A stretch of 64,000 bases of DNA from Camelus dromedarius (taxonomy: Eukaryota). Of the stretch, positions 23,489 to 36,678 are shown piece by piece. A program made the position numbers and the translations under genes. A model generated the notes under the pieces. That model ran no database searches. It was not told the DNA's origin and saw only the letters and a list, made by a program, of their open reading frames with translations. The DNA lies in NCBI RefSeq assembly GCF_036321535.1, contig NC_087437.1, forward strand, positions 111,168,001 through 111,232,000, given 5' to 3'. Position 1 is the first letter of the stretch. Every line of letters starts with the position of its first letter.

Positions 23489-25067
23489 AGGGTTAAGTAT
23501 TATTTCGTGAAATTTTAAATTTCAATCAGACACACACACACTTTCACACTCTCTTAACATAGATGTATAGCCTCAACTTTCTGAAGAACGTTGAGCTAGA
23601 ATGAGGCTACACCATTTCCATAATCAGGGAGCCAGCCATGGGGGCCATTTGCAGCCATCCAGGTGAGGATGGTGACGACAGGACACAGACCCACTGCTGG
23701 AGAAAGCAAAGGCCACCTGTGTTCTCAGGAGCCTGAAAGAAAAGCCCTTGGCTCGGCAGAGGGACAACCGCCTACCCCGTCTGTGAACTCCAGTGTTCAG
23801 CATGGCAAAAGAAGGTGTGTTAGGACAAAGCAGCACTCTCTAAGTGCAAATTATTTATATTGTTTTTTTTTTTCAAGGGAGCAACTCATTACCCAGTGAG
23901 CTCAGCTATTTGGAATTAACCCAGAAGCTTTGAAGAAAGCTGGAAACTTTACAAGTCAGTAAGCCCCTGTGTCACAAAATCCATGCCCTGAAGTTTACCA
24001 ACTGTGTTCACAGGAAAGCTCCTCTGGTCCTCATTCGACCTCTCTCTTTTTATTTTAGACCCTAACAGTTGAAAAAGAAGTATTATTTTAACTTTAAAAC
24101 ATTAAAAAGGCACTGCATTTGTTGGCCAGAATCAAGAGTGGATTCTCTCCTTTGATTCAAGCCCAATTCTTGGTGTTGAGGTCAGTGAATGTTTCAGGAC
24201 ACCTGGAATCCTCCAAGTGTCACTTTGCTTTCCTTTTATTTTCTATTCAAAAAATATAATACAGCTTTAGATCTAATCAAGCAGAGTTCTGCCAGTGAGA
24301 TGATTTACGTTCGCACGGGTCTCAGCAGACCAAGAAGCCCTCTTCTCAGAGGAGCCTGCAACCAGGGTCTGCTCAGAAGGACGAGAAAGTGTGGGACCCT
24401 CCACGGCCGCTCGCTCGCGAGGCAAATGTGACTGACAGCAAGCATGCCCAGTCACCTCTCCGTTGCCTGACTGGGGCAAGCCTAATGGGCCCACCTCTTT
24501 CCTTTCTTTGGAACAGATTTCTCGCAAGAGATTTGCAAGCTTCCATGCATTTAATTTCTTGCAACGCTGTGAAATTTACAACTCTGAATGAGATATACCT
24601 GGCTTTTATTTCTTGAATAAAACACTTATGGATATGATTATTGTCTTTTCTCCCATAAGGAGGGAGAAAAATGATAAATGGTAAGGATGTGTAGTCCGAG
24701 GCTTTTAAAGAGGAATTTGACCAGGGGGAGCAATCAACCAGGATTCTAGCATCCTAGTTCCAACATTCAAATGAGACAGACTGCGCACAAAGCTAGCAGT
24801 CTGGCTCCCTAGTTCTCGGCAGACTGGACGCAGCAAGTTGGAAAGGCAAGTCTAGTGACAATAGCAAAAATGACAACTACCAGAATAGTAGGAATAGTGA
24901 CAGCCAAAGTATTAGAACTTGACTTAAGAACTTGGGAAGCCATCTACTGGGGCCATTTGGTGAAGGAACAAACCCACCCAGCGTACCTCGATAGCACTTT
25001 GCTGTGTTTTAGACCAGAATTACTTCGTGGAACAATTAGGAAGACAAACTATGATACAATTGAGTAA

Positions 25068-25516
25068 TAACAAAGATTCTCTCTTTGACCAAACTTTAGT
25101 CGAGCTCCTCTGAGTCTTCTTCTCAACTGGACCTCCACCTTGCTTCTGCTCCTTTCGGGGTCTGCGTGGCCTAGTTGTAGCAAGAATCCTGCTAAGTCAA
25201 TTTAGAAAGAAATCCTCCACTCTTGGTATCTGAACATTCTGATATCTCATCAAATTCTTCATCCTCCACCCTTGATATCTGATCACCTTGGTTACCTTCA
25301 GCAAAAATCCCCTACCCTTGATGTCTCCTTTCAGTAATTTCCCATCCCTGGTCCCCTCCCCCTGTTCCTTGCCTCTAAATTCCAACCCGTCCTTGTATTT
25401 GAAGTTGAGCCCTAGTTCTCTCCCCTGTTGGGATAGTCTTGACACCTGTTGCAATAGTCCTAAATAAAGTCTTCCTTACCATTTTAATAAGTGTCAGAAT
25501 AATTTGTTCTTTAACG
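25068..25516 (+). mobile_element. MER31-like ERV1 solo LTR
   Basis: acaaagattctctc.ttgaccaaactttagtc...aataaagtcttccttacc...ttctttaac. Confidence 0.7.
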
Positions 25517-26017
25517 CTTATCAAGAAGACAAACCTTTCCTAGCAGCTTGGCTATAGATGCTTCAGGTGTTTGCTATCCTGGTCCCAGGAAGTTTAGGCA
25601 CTAGCTCCTGCTCACTTTCCTCTAGGGAGCCCACATCTGAGAGAGGGAGCTAAGATGATTATTATTTTGGTGGGTTTCTTCCAAAGACAAGGGTATGTAT
25701 GTTGTTTACTGACAAGAGTTCCCAGCTGAACCCCAGTCCACATCCACTTGGTAAGCATCTCACCCTGGTGTGGGGCTTTGTCCCCAGAGTAAGGGATGCC
25801 TTGGTCTAATCTTTACAGGGCCCCCATCAGGTCACTAAACGGTGAACCTGTGGAACTCATCTACCTGGAGGGTTACATTTAAACACTTGTCAGAGGTGTG
25901 TGTGTGGTTTGGAAAAGTAGTCTGAACACAGGTGTGGGTTGGATAACAGGGCAAAAGATAAATTTGCCCTCAATACATTTGGTAGCAAATCAGCTGTGAC
26001 AGAAAGAAAAACAAATA

Positions 26018-26231
26018 CAATTGACCCTTGAACAACATGAGTTTGAGCTGAGCAGGTCACTTATACACGGATTTTTTTTTTTTCAACAGTAAATACTACA
26101 GTACTTCATGACATCCCGGCCGCGGATATGGAGAATGATGTATACGGAAAGTTGACGGTAAATTATACTCAGATTTGCAACTGCATGGAGGGTGGGTGCC
26201 CCTAATGCTTGCATTATTCAAAGGTCATCTG
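26018..26231. mobile_element. Tigger2-family (TcMar) MITE
   Basis: TIRs caattgacccttgaacaac / ttattcaaaggtcatctg with TA target duplication (26016-26017, 26232-26233). Confidence 0.8.
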
Positions 26232-26261
26232 TATCTGCAGGCGAGTCACCTACTTTCGAGG

Positions 26262-26430
26262 CCAGTGGTTCTCAAACCTGGGTGTGCACCAGAATCACCT
26301 GGGGGAGCAGGTTCCCAGGCCACCTCTACCAGCAGTTGGATTCTGCAGCACTGGGCTGGTGGGGCCTGGGGATCTGGGTTTAAAATAAGTGCTTACATGA
26401 TTCAGACGCTTGAGGCTCACATTCTGGGAA
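26262..26430. mobile_element. MER5A-like hAT MITE
   Basis: cagtggttctcaaacctgg...cagaatcacctggggga start. Confidence 0.6.
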
Positions 26431-27633
26431 TCACCATCTGGGAAGACTGCAGAATCTACCCAAGGAAGGAACTGCTTTTTAGTTTATGGAAATACCTCCA
26501 TAGGCAGATTTTGGTTGTCAAAGGCAAAGCCTTTGCAGAGAGTCTGGAAGAGATGTGAGCAGTGATGGCATTGCATTGTTCTGTGTAATCAAGTAGCAGG
26601 AATCTGGAAATTATTGGAGACCTGTAAAGGAGGAGGTTCTAGAAAGATGGAGCAGGCTTCTCTCATGAGAGAGGAGGGGCCCAGCGACTTGGTAGGAGGC
26701 CAGGGCCTGAGGAGGAGATGGGCCAAGCAAAATTCCCAATGGTGAGAATAAACAAGAAACATTCCAGAACATTGATGTCAAATATTTAATTTTAAGTTGC
26801 TGACTATTCTGTGTTATAATCCCCTTCTATTGCCCTCAAACTCTCAGTAATTCTGCTGTGCAAACTGGTTTTGTGTCATTGGTCATTTGTGGATAAAGAG
26901 GAGGCCCAGGAGAAGGGCCAGCCTGGGAAGGGGACCAAGAGCATCAGTCAGGAGGCAGGAAGCAGTAGAAAATCCACTTACTGTCTCTGTGAAGTTGCCT
27001 TTGTAGGTACCTCATATGAGTGGAATCATAAAATATTTTTCCATAGTAAGCCCCAACTCAGAAGGGTTGAGCCACAAATTCTCCCCCGAGAGATCCAAAA
27101 GCCCTGGTGTTCTACCTTTTTTGAGCAAATATGTTTATCAGTAAAGAAAAATTGTAAGTGTGCCTCACATATATAGGTATGTTTATTTTTGTCAATAATG
27201 TATATGTGCCACTATTCTAATATATTATCAGCATTACAAAACACATGTAAAAATCGAGGTTAAAAAAGGGAGAGATGGGAAATAAATACGAGAGTTCTAA
27301 TAATTTACTCTTGCCCCCCACCGAGGGCTGGATTGTGTGGCTCCTAGACCAGGTGGGCTCCATATTGGAAAGCCTGGCTGAAAGGAAGGTGAGCTTTACA
27401 TAGGGGAAGGACAGACCGTGCTGCTCTGCGGGTGGGGGCTATTTAGTTAGCAGTCGCTACCCCAATCACAGAAGAAGAGTATGGAATGAAACAAATCTCT
27501 ACGCTCAGATCAAAGAATGGTGCTTGACGTGCTTCTCAGACTTTGGTCTGCAGCTCTTCTCTCAGAGAAAAGCCCATGGGAAAAATACCTTCATTCGAAC
27601 CAGCTGTGATCACGAATGAAAAGAGGGTGGAAA

Positions 27634-28064
27634 TTTTACTGATGCACAGTGAGACCAAAAAAAATACCTAAAGGTCAGAGTTTGGAGCAGAGAAAGGTTT
27701 ACTGCGTTTATTGCAGGGCCAAGACTGGAGAACGAGGAGCTCATTCTCAAGAAAACCCCTGAACTCCCCGAAGAGTTCCAGCAAAGCCAGGTGAGGGAGC
27801 GGGGTCACAGGGTATGTGATCAGCTTGTGCACAATTCTCTGGTTGATGGTGATCAGTCCTTAGGCACCAGACGATCTGGGGGCTATGTGACCACGATCAT
27901 CAGGTAGTTAATTTCTTCCATTTGGTGGCAGTTTTTAGCATCTGAAAAACTCAGGAAATATACATGAGATACCATCATCTCAGCACCTCAGAGAGGAGCT
28001 GCAGCAGAGGGTACGACAGAAGGGTCTGTCCCGGGAAGGTCCCACAGGGTCCTGCTTGGTTACA
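27634..28064 (-). mobile_element. ERV1-type solo LTR
   Basis: Minus strand begins TGTAACCAAGCAGGACCC and contains AATAAA; 4-bp TSD gaaa (27630-27633 / 28065-28068). Confidence 0.7.
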
Positions 28065-28405
28065 GAAAAACCCAACTTCCTCAGGGCAGTGACCTTGAAA
28101 CTCTGAATTCTTGGTTGCTGAGCAGGTCTTCCAGGGCTTTTGGTCAGGAATCATTGGGTTCCCATAGAACCAAGAGAACCAAGAGCAGGTCGGATGTGAC
28201 ACCCTTCATCAGGGCTCTGGGCCCCAGCTCTGGCTTTTTCAATTTAACGTAATTTTAAAAAATTGTGGCAAAGTAGCAATAACATAAAATCTGCCATTTT
28301 AACCACTTAAGGTGGCATGAAGTACAATCAAAATGTTGTGCAATCATAATTACTGTATGGTTCCAAAACTTTTTCATCACCCCAAACAGAAACTTTGTAC
28401 CCATT

Positions 28406-28923
28406 TGTTGGAGGAAGTCATCAGAGGATGTGACCCCTGTTGACCCATAAGCTAGACCTGGGCTCCTTAGCCCCCTCCCCTGTCGTTGGAATGGATGCTC
28501 TCTGCCCACTGTTCCCAGAGTGGAAACTTAAAAAAAAAAAAACGGGTGGGGCGGGGGAGGCAATTAGACTTATTTGTTTATTTTAATGGAGGTGCTGGGG
28601 ATTGAACCCAGGACCTCAGGCATGCTAAGCATGCACTCTGTCACTGAGCTATACAGCATGGGAACCATTTTGAAGGATGCAGCCTTGAAAGAACAATGGG
28701 TTGTTGAGACCATCTGGATGGTTTCTATGTGAGTGAACCCTGTTGAAGCCTTCATATAAACTTTTGAGATTCTGGCAGGCAGGTATGGAGACCTACTCAC
28801 CCTGCTTACTGACACTGCTGCCTGCTGATCTGGAGTGGCCTGCCACCTCCTTGGTCTCTCCTTGCTCTTTGTGTACAGGAGCCGGTCTTACCTGGGAGGC
28901 TCCCCAGGTTTTGAACCCATGCA
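28406..28923. mobile_element. LTR-like insertion within the L1MB element, containing a SINE
   Basis: Non-L1 block starting TG and ending CA, between collinear L1 sequence (gtacccatt | attaagcaataac). Confidence 0.55.
28545..28654 (-). mobile_element. tRNA-derived SINE (camelid Vic-1-like), nested in an LTR-like element
   Basis: ggaggtgctggggattgaacccaggacctc...actgagctatac is the reverse complement of the SINE head. Confidence 0.85.
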
Positions 28924-29707
28924 ATTAAGCAATAACTTTTCATTCTGTCCTTCCAACAGCCCCATTCACCTCTAATCCACCTTCTGTCTCAGTGAAGTTG
29001 CCCATTCTGGGCACCTCACGTAATGGAATTATATGATATTTGTCCTTTTGTGTCTGGCTTTCACTAAACATAATGTTTTCAAGGTTTAACTATGTTGTAG
29101 CATGTGTCAGAACTTCTTTCTTTTTTAATGGCTCAATAGTATTCCATTGCATGGATAGACCATATTTTGTTTATTTATTCATGCATTAATGGACACTCGG
29201 GTCGTTTCCACCCTTTGGCTATTGTGGATAATGCTGCAGCGAAGATGGGTGTACAAGGATCTGTTTGAATCCCTATTTTCAGTTTTGGGGGATATGAGAG
29301 TGGAATTGCTGGGCTACATGGTAATTCCATGCTTAGCTTTTTGAGGAACAGCTAACTAAACTGTTTCTCACAGTGGCCATGCGCCAGTTTACATTTTCAA
29401 CAGCAATGTGTGGGCTTTCCCGGTTCTCCACGTGTTCTTAACAACACTTGTTATTTTTGTTTTTATAGTCATCCTATTAAGTGTGAAGTGATATCTCATT
29501 GCAGTTTTATATTTTCCTAGTGACTAATGATGTTGAGCATCTTTTCATGTGCTTATTGGCCATTTGTATGTCTTCTTTGGAAAAAATATCTATTCAAGTC
29601 TTTTGCCCCCTCTAAATTTGAGTTGTTTGTCTTTTGTGTTGTTGAGTTGTAAGGGTTCTTTATATATTCTGAATATTAAATCCTTATCAGATATATGATC
29701 TGCAAAT

Positions 29708-30290
29708 TTTTTTTAATTAGCACTGAAGTTTATTTAGAAAGCAATTTCCTACTGAACAGTTCTTTGGTCAAAGCTTCTTTCACATCCTTGTTCCTCAGAC
29801 TGTTGATCATGGGATTCCACATGGAGACCACAGTGGTATAAAACACAGCCATCATTTTCCCCTGTTCCATGAACTCTTCTGACGGGGTCTGAGATACATG
29901 AAGAAAAGAGTTGCATAGAATATGGTCACACGAAACTGTCACATGAAAGCCACAGATTGGAGAAGGCTTTGCTCCTGCCTTCTGTGGAATGGATCTTCAG
30001 GGTGGCAGGGAATATGTAGATCAAAGGAATATTATCAGAGGGTAATGAGAGAGACTACATGAAGTTAAAATCAGCCACAACAAACATCGACAACTCTTTG
30101 TTGTAGGTGTTGGAACAAGCCAGCTTAATCAGTGGTGGGTCAGCACAATGAAGTGATTAATTTCACCGGGGCAACAGAAGGCTAGGTTGTAGATCCACAT
30201 GTTCTCCATCAGGCCAGTGAGTGCTCCATGCACATAAGGCACTGTGCTGAGGGATGGGCACATACTCTGGATATTTTGCTGCCATAAACC
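29708..30290 (-). pseudogene. Processed, 5'-truncated olfactory receptor pseudogene, family 5M (OR5M8-like)
   Basis: Minus-strand pieces YGSK..VPYVHGALTGLMENMWIYNLAFC..EINHF/CADPPLIKLACSNTYNKELSMF..STEGRSKAFS..EQGKMMAVFYTTVVSMWNPMINSLRNKDVKEAL, with frameshifts and a stop. AATAAA overlaps the stop codon, an A8 tail follows, and a 12-bp TSD flanks the insert. Confidence 0.92.
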
Positions 30291-32298
30291 TGATTTGCAA
30301 ATGTTAACTCTTATTCTGTAGGATTTTTTTTTTTTGTCCTTTGATGGATAAAATTTTTTATTTTAATCAAGTCCAGTTTATCTGTTTTCTTGTTTTTTTT
30401 TTTTTAATTCAAAAAATTAAAAATTTTTGAAGTATATTCAGTTACAATGTGTCAGTTTCTGGTGTACAGCACAGTGTCCCAGTCATGCATATACATACAC
30501 ATATGCATTTTCATATTCTTTTTCATTAAAGTTTATTACAAGATATTGAATATAGTTCCCTGTGCTATACAGAAGAAACTTTTTGTTTGTTTGTTTTCTT
30601 TTGTGCCTTGTGCTTTGGTGTTGTATCTAAGAATCGCCAAATTGAGGGTCATGAAGATTTACCTCTGTTTTCTTTTAAGACTTCTGTGGTTTTAATGATT
30701 ATATTTAGGTTATTGATTCATTTTGAGTTCATTTTTATATATAGTATAAGATAAGTGTCAAGCTTTATTCTTTTGCGCATGGAAATCCAGTTGTCTCAGC
30801 ACCATCTGTTGAAGATACTGTTCTTTTCCCATTGGATGGTCTTGGAACCCTTGTCAAAAATCAATTGGCCCATGTAAGTATGGGATTACTTCTGAACTCT
30901 CTAGTCTTCCTTTGGTCTCTAGGTCTGTCCTTATTCCAGTACCACATATTTGGGATTACTTTTGCTTTGTGGTAAGTTTTGAAATTGAGAAATGTTGAGT
31001 CCTGAGTTTGTTCTTTTTTTTTTTTTTTTCGAGATTGCTTTGGCTATTCAGAGCCTCTCAGCCCACCCAGGCAATTCCATATAAATTTGAGAATTGGCTT
31101 TTTTGTTTTTTTAATGTTGGAATTTTGATAGAGATTGCATCGAATGTGTAGCTCACTTTTGGGTCGAGCTCTGGCTTTTTTCTGGGACTACTAGGACTAT
31201 TGAGAAGCTTCTCAGCTGGTTTCAGAGGATCTAACCTTGGAACTTCTTATCCAGGAGGCTCAGCAACTGCCCAGCACTCTGTCCATGGTGAGTAGGTGAG
31301 TTTGGAGCAGTGAAGCCAGTCAGAACGTTCAGTGCCTGCCTTTCCTCCCAGTACTGGCTGAGTGCATCGTTCAAAACACTAACACATCTCTCTCTTACAT
31401 TTGTTCCAGCCTGGAGACCACACTTCAGAACCCACTGTCTTAGTGGGTTGATGAATCAGCACCCAACTGAGGAACTGAAATTGGACCAGCTGGGTGTTCT
31501 GAGGCTAATTGGGAAGCAGACATTGAACTAACACTTGGCTTTCCAGTAACTCTTCCCCTGTTATGAATCTATTTTAGTACTTTCGTACTTAAATATATTT
31601 TGGCAATTCATATACGTATTGGCTAAGAATGCACTCAGTTGCATGTAATAGAAGATTCATTTTTATCATACAATAAAAAGTCCAAAAGTAGGTGGTTCCT
31701 GGCGTTAGTTCCGAGATTTCTTGGCAAGTTCTTTTTGCCTTTCACTCACAATCTCAAGATGGCTTCACCACTCCAAATATCACATCTACATTCATAACAG
31801 GAAAGGGTGAGAGGGGCAGCCCAGAGCTTATATCAAGGAGCCAGAAGCTTTCTAGAAGTCCACAGAAGTCTTCCTACTAAATTTTATCAGCTAGAGTGGC
31901 TATCTGTACCCATGGCTATCTGCAGTTGCAAGAGAACTGGGAATTTGGGGAGCAGGATTGTCATGATTGGCTTCAACCAATCCTGACCCATTGCTCGGAG
32001 CTGGGTATGTTACCTTCCTAACCAAAACTGGGCTTCTGTGGACAAGGAATAAGGAGGAGTAGGGTATCAGGGCAGTGTAAAAGCAAGTGTACGCATATAC
32101 ATATTTGTAGTTATTCTATTACATGTTTCCTTAACACTTTCTGCCTCACGTGGGCTTTTTCTCATCCCTAATGTTCTAATACCAGACATAACCTCATCCT
32201 CCATATTTCTCTGTTAGGCCACATAGTGGTTTGATCCATTGTGAATACACAACAATAAGGGATGATCTCACCAATGGACAAACTGCAAAGTTGCCCTC

Positions 32299-32388
32299 TT
32301 TTTTTTTAATGGAGGCACTGGGGACTGAACCCAGGACCTCATGCATGCTAAGCCTGCACTTTACCACTGAGCTATACCCCTCCCCCAG
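32299..32388 (-). mobile_element. tRNA-derived SINE (camelid Vic-1-like), short form
   Basis: SINE head on the minus strand with a T-tract; TSD aaagttgccctc (32287-32298) / aaagctgccctc (32389-32400). Confidence 0.9.
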
Positions 32389-34479
32389 AAAGCTGCCCTC
32401 CTTTAAGAGAATATGTGCAAGAGAGGGCTGGAAGGTGCTGTTCCTCTTCCGATGATCAAAGTCTGATAAGGTTAGTGTAGAGAAGGCAGGATGTGGTCAT
32501 CTTGTTGGGATGTAAGCAAATTCAAGCAGAGTTACAGGCTCTGTGTCTTTAAGGCCCTGAGGTCACCCTATCCATGATATGCTTCCTAACTATATCCTTT
32601 AAATGTTAAAACTTCTTTCTTTTCTTACCCTTTGGGGAAAAAGCAATGTTTCAGAAATGCAGCTCATCAATGATTCAATCAAAGAAATATCTTACTGAGA
32701 AGACAAATAGGAAAAATTTCCAACATTGTATTTGGGTAGATTTCAATAGTTAATTTAGATTTCCAAATGTGAATGTAAATTAAAAGGCTAAATACTTGAA
32801 AGTCAAAAATATTCCATATTTGACATTAAAGTCAATGAATTGATCACATTTGCTGAATGTAGCTAGTAAAAAGTGCTAATTTATGGCTAAGTAATTAAAC
32901 ACGGAGACAGATGGAGAATCAAATGAGTTTTCCTCACACCCACATTTGCATACTGTTTCTGACGGTGTATACTCTTACTGCTCTATATGGTGCCCTCCGG
33001 TATTAGACGAACACAGAGAGCTATTCATGTCAGTTTCGCTCACATATCCCCAAAGAAAGAAAAGGGACTTAGATAAAATACAGAGCTCAGTTAGATATTT
33101 TCTCCTGTTTCTCTCTCATTCATCCCTTTGGCTTCCCTTTCATGATGGGAAGAACAGGAAACTGTGAGATAATGAAATTCTCTCTATTCTACATCATGTA
33201 ATGGAAAATGCACTGATTTCGGAATCAGAGGACTATCTGATTCTAGCTTTCTCAGTTACTGTGTGACACTGGGCAACTCTCTTCTCTGTAGTCCCTAGTT
33301 GCCTCATTAGACATCAGAGCTTACGGTTAAACAGAGTACATCTAGGCAGTATGGAAAGGGCTCTTGTTTTGATCTTGGATCCACCACATACCAGCTGAGA
33401 GATCTTGGACAAGTTACTTTGACCACTGTGTGCTACAGTTTCTTATCCAATGCTTGATAGAGAGGATCTAGGAGTCTGTGTCCCTGGGATGGCATTAAGA
33501 AATACAACTCTGTGACCTAGACTTGAGCTGTCAGGCGCCGCTCCTCCCACACACATACATTAACACAGACCTGTGCCGAGGAGGGAAGCACTTCCTTTAT
33601 CATTGTTTGCAGAGATTAATTTTGAACCTTTCACTGGATTTTTAACCTCTCATAGCTAGGGAGGACTCAGTGATCACAGTTTTACAAAGGAAATGAAAAT
33701 TTTATTTTCATTTTTGTATTATAGCCAGTTGTCTGGGATCACAAAAGCACTAAAGTATTTTTTTTTTAAGTTTTAAAAGATGTGCATATATCACTGTCTA
33801 CTAACCAGCCTGCATTACTTTCCTTAAAGTACCTTGATTTGCATCTCAATGTCTCAATGTGATACAAGTCAAGATGCTCATCCCTTCCCTACCCAAGAGG
33901 TAAGAATTGGGTCCAAACCAGGCAACTTGGATTCTCCTCTGACTTAAATCTTACACAAAATGAATTAAGAATGGGGGCTGTGCCTTCTCCGTTTGTCTCT
34001 CCAGTAGCATTCTCCAGCCATCCACCCTGCTCAGTGTCTTGTTAATTTAATCTTTACAGAGCACATCTCTAGACTTCCTTGACCTCGGGATGCTATCTGT
34101 GTTTGGCTGTTGGAAGGCACTGGCAGGAGGCCACAGGCAGAAGAAGAGTGAACCTGGGGTCTCTTTTCACGTTCCTCCCTCCCTGCCAGGCACGGCAGTC
34201 TGGCTCTTTCTCTCTACTATTGCCTCAGCTCCATGTAGCCTCCCTGAAAACAAATAATTTTTTTCCAGTTTAGTAACGCTGCAGAATGGCAGTCCTGGCT
34301 CTTTAAAAACCTGTATCAGTGTGAGTTGAGCACTGGAAGCTCTGCAGTTGTGTGTGTGTGTTTTTTAAACGTCATAATTAATTTTTAACCTCTTTCTTTT
34401 CTTGGCAAACATTTTTCAATCAAAGCATTATTGTTTTTAGGGTTGTCTATTTCCCCATTCATAGTTTTTAATTTTAAAA

Positions 34480-35500
34480 AATTTAGATATAATTAACATA
34501 AGATTCACTCTTTTAAAGTGTTCAATTCCGTGACTTTAGGCGTATTTCAAAATTGTGCAATCATCTTCACTATCTAATTTCAGAATGTTTTCATCATTTC
34601 AACAAGAAACCTCATAGCCATTAAGCAGTTACTCACCGTTCCTCCCTTCCCTCAGCCACTGGCAAGCACTAACTTACTTTCTGTCTCTATGGATTTTCCT
34701 ATTTGGGGTGTTTCATATAAATGGAATCATACATTATGTGGTCTTTAGTGACCGGCTTCTTTCACATAGCGTAATATTTTCAACATTCGTCCAGGTTGTA
34801 GCATGTATTAGCACTCCTTTTTACGGCCAAAAAATATTCCGTTGTATGAATAGACTACATTTTGTTTATCCACTCATCAGTTGATGGGCAACTTGGCTAT
34901 TTCCACTTTTTGGTTATAACGAATAACAGTGCTATGAGTATTCATGCGCATGTTTTTGTTTGAACACCCAGGTTCAGTTCTTTCGGGTGTATGCCAGGAA
35001 GTGGGATTACTAGATTATACAGTAATTCTGTGCTTGACTTTTTGAGGAATTATCAAACTGTTTTCCAAAGTGACAGTACCATTTCGTATTCCCATCAGCA
35101 ATGTATGAGGGTTCCAGTTTCTCCACATCCTCACCAACACTTTTTGTCTCTCTTTGATTATAGTCATCCTAACGGGTGTATCTCATTGTGTTTTTGATTT
35201 GCATTTCTCTAATGACTAATGCTGTTGAATACATTTTCATGTGGTTATTGCCCATTTTTATGTCTTCTTTGGAGAAATATCTACTCAAATCTTTCCCCCA
35301 CTTTTTAGTAGGGTTGTTTTTTTTTTAATTGTAGGAGCGAGCCTCTTATGAGATACACGAACTGCAAATACTTTCTCCCATTTTGTGGGTTGTCTTTTCA
35401 CCTTTCTTGATGGTATTGTTTGAGGCACAAAAGGTTTTCATCTTGATGAAGTCCAGTTTACCTATTTTTTAAAAGTTGCTGTGCTTTTAGTGTCGTATTT
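34480..35500 (-). mobile_element. Old L1MB-like 3' portion
   Basis: cccatcagcaatgtatgagggttccagtttctccacatcctcaccaacac and other L1 antisense motifs. Confidence 0.82.
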
Positions 35501-35659
35501 AAAATGCTGAGATCCTAGAAAATTTTCACCTATTCTGTATTCCAATATTTCCTCTCTCCCATGAAATTCTGAGGAATTACGTTAGCTCTTCTGACTTTAC
35601 CCTACAAATCTCTTAACCACTCTTCCATCTGTTTTTCTTTCTCTTTTTCACTTTTCCCC

Positions 35660-36440
35660 CCAGTTTTATTGAGACATAATTGACATACATCACTGTATAA
35701 GTTAAAGGTGTACAGCATGATGGTTTGATTTACATATACTGTGAAATGATTAGCACAATGTATTTACCTAATATCCATCTTCTCACATAGATACAATAAA
35801 AAAGTGAAGAAAAGAAAAAAGAAAAAAAATTCTCTTTGTGATGAGAACCCTTAGAATTTACTCTCTTAACAGCTCTCCTGTATATCATACAGCAGTGTTA
35901 GCTGGAGTCTTCATGTTGTATGTAACATCCCTAGTACTTACTTATATTATAGCCGAAGTTTTTACATTTTGACCACCTTCCTCCAGTTCCCCCTCCCCCC
36001 ACCGCTCTGCCTCTGTTAACCCCAAGCCTGAGCTTGTTTGTTGGTTTTAGATCCCACATATAAGTGAGATCATACAGTATTTCTCTTTCTCCGTCTGACT
36101 TATTTCCCTCCGCATAACGCTGTCATGGTTCATCCATGTTATCTCAAATGGCAGGAGTTCCTCATTTTTGTGGCTAAATAATATTCTGTTATATATATAT
36201 ATATATGATTTCTCTACCCAATTTCTTTGTCCAGTCATCCATTGATGGACACACGGGTTGTTTCCATGTCTTGGCTCTTGTAAATAGTGGTGCTATGAAC
36301 ATGGGAGTGTAGATATCTTTTGGAGTTAGTGTTTTCATTTCCTTTGAATATATTCCCAGAAGTGGAATTGCTGGGTCATATGGCAGCTCTAGCTTTAATT
36401 TTCTGAGGATCCTGCATACTGTATCCCATAGTAGCTGTAC
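35660..36440 (-). mobile_element. L1 3' end (L1MA9-like)
   Basis: Minus ORF 36189-36482 contains [17 protein letters not shown]...TPMFIAPLFTRAKTWKQP, followed by 3' UTR. Confidence 0.88.
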
Positions 36441-36504
36441 CTTGTTTTTCTTTTTGTATGGCATTCTGAGTAATTTCATCACATCTATCTTCCATTTCGC
36501 TGAT

Positions 36505-36678
36505 TTTTTTTTTTCAAATGAAGTATAGTTGATTTACAATGTTGTGTTAGTTTTTGGTGTACAGCCTATTAATCCAGTCATACAAATACATATATATATT
36601 CTTTCCCACATTCTCTGTCATCATAGGTTATTACAAGGCATTGATTATAGTTCCCTGTGTTAAACAGTAGGACCTTGT
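36505..36678 (-). mobile_element. Short L1 3' tail
   Basis: tgaagtatagttgatttacaatgttgtgttagttt...atagttccctgtg...cagtaggaccttgt; same tail class as ~30430-30580. Confidence 0.75.

Larger units (their letters stand above)
28245..31160 (-). mobile_element. Old L1MB-like element fragmented by an LTR (carrying a SINE), the OR retrocopy and a short younger L1 tail (~30395-30590)
   Basis: L1 3'-UTR/ORF2 antisense sequence (tgactaatgatgttgagcatcttttcatgtgc; cagcaccatctgttgaaga) resumes collinearly after each insertion. Confidence 0.8.

Noticed and set aside
29730..29942. 70-aa ORF as a functional olfactory receptor
   Set aside because: It covers only the C-terminal segment; the copy lacks the N-terminal part and has frameshifts and a stop.
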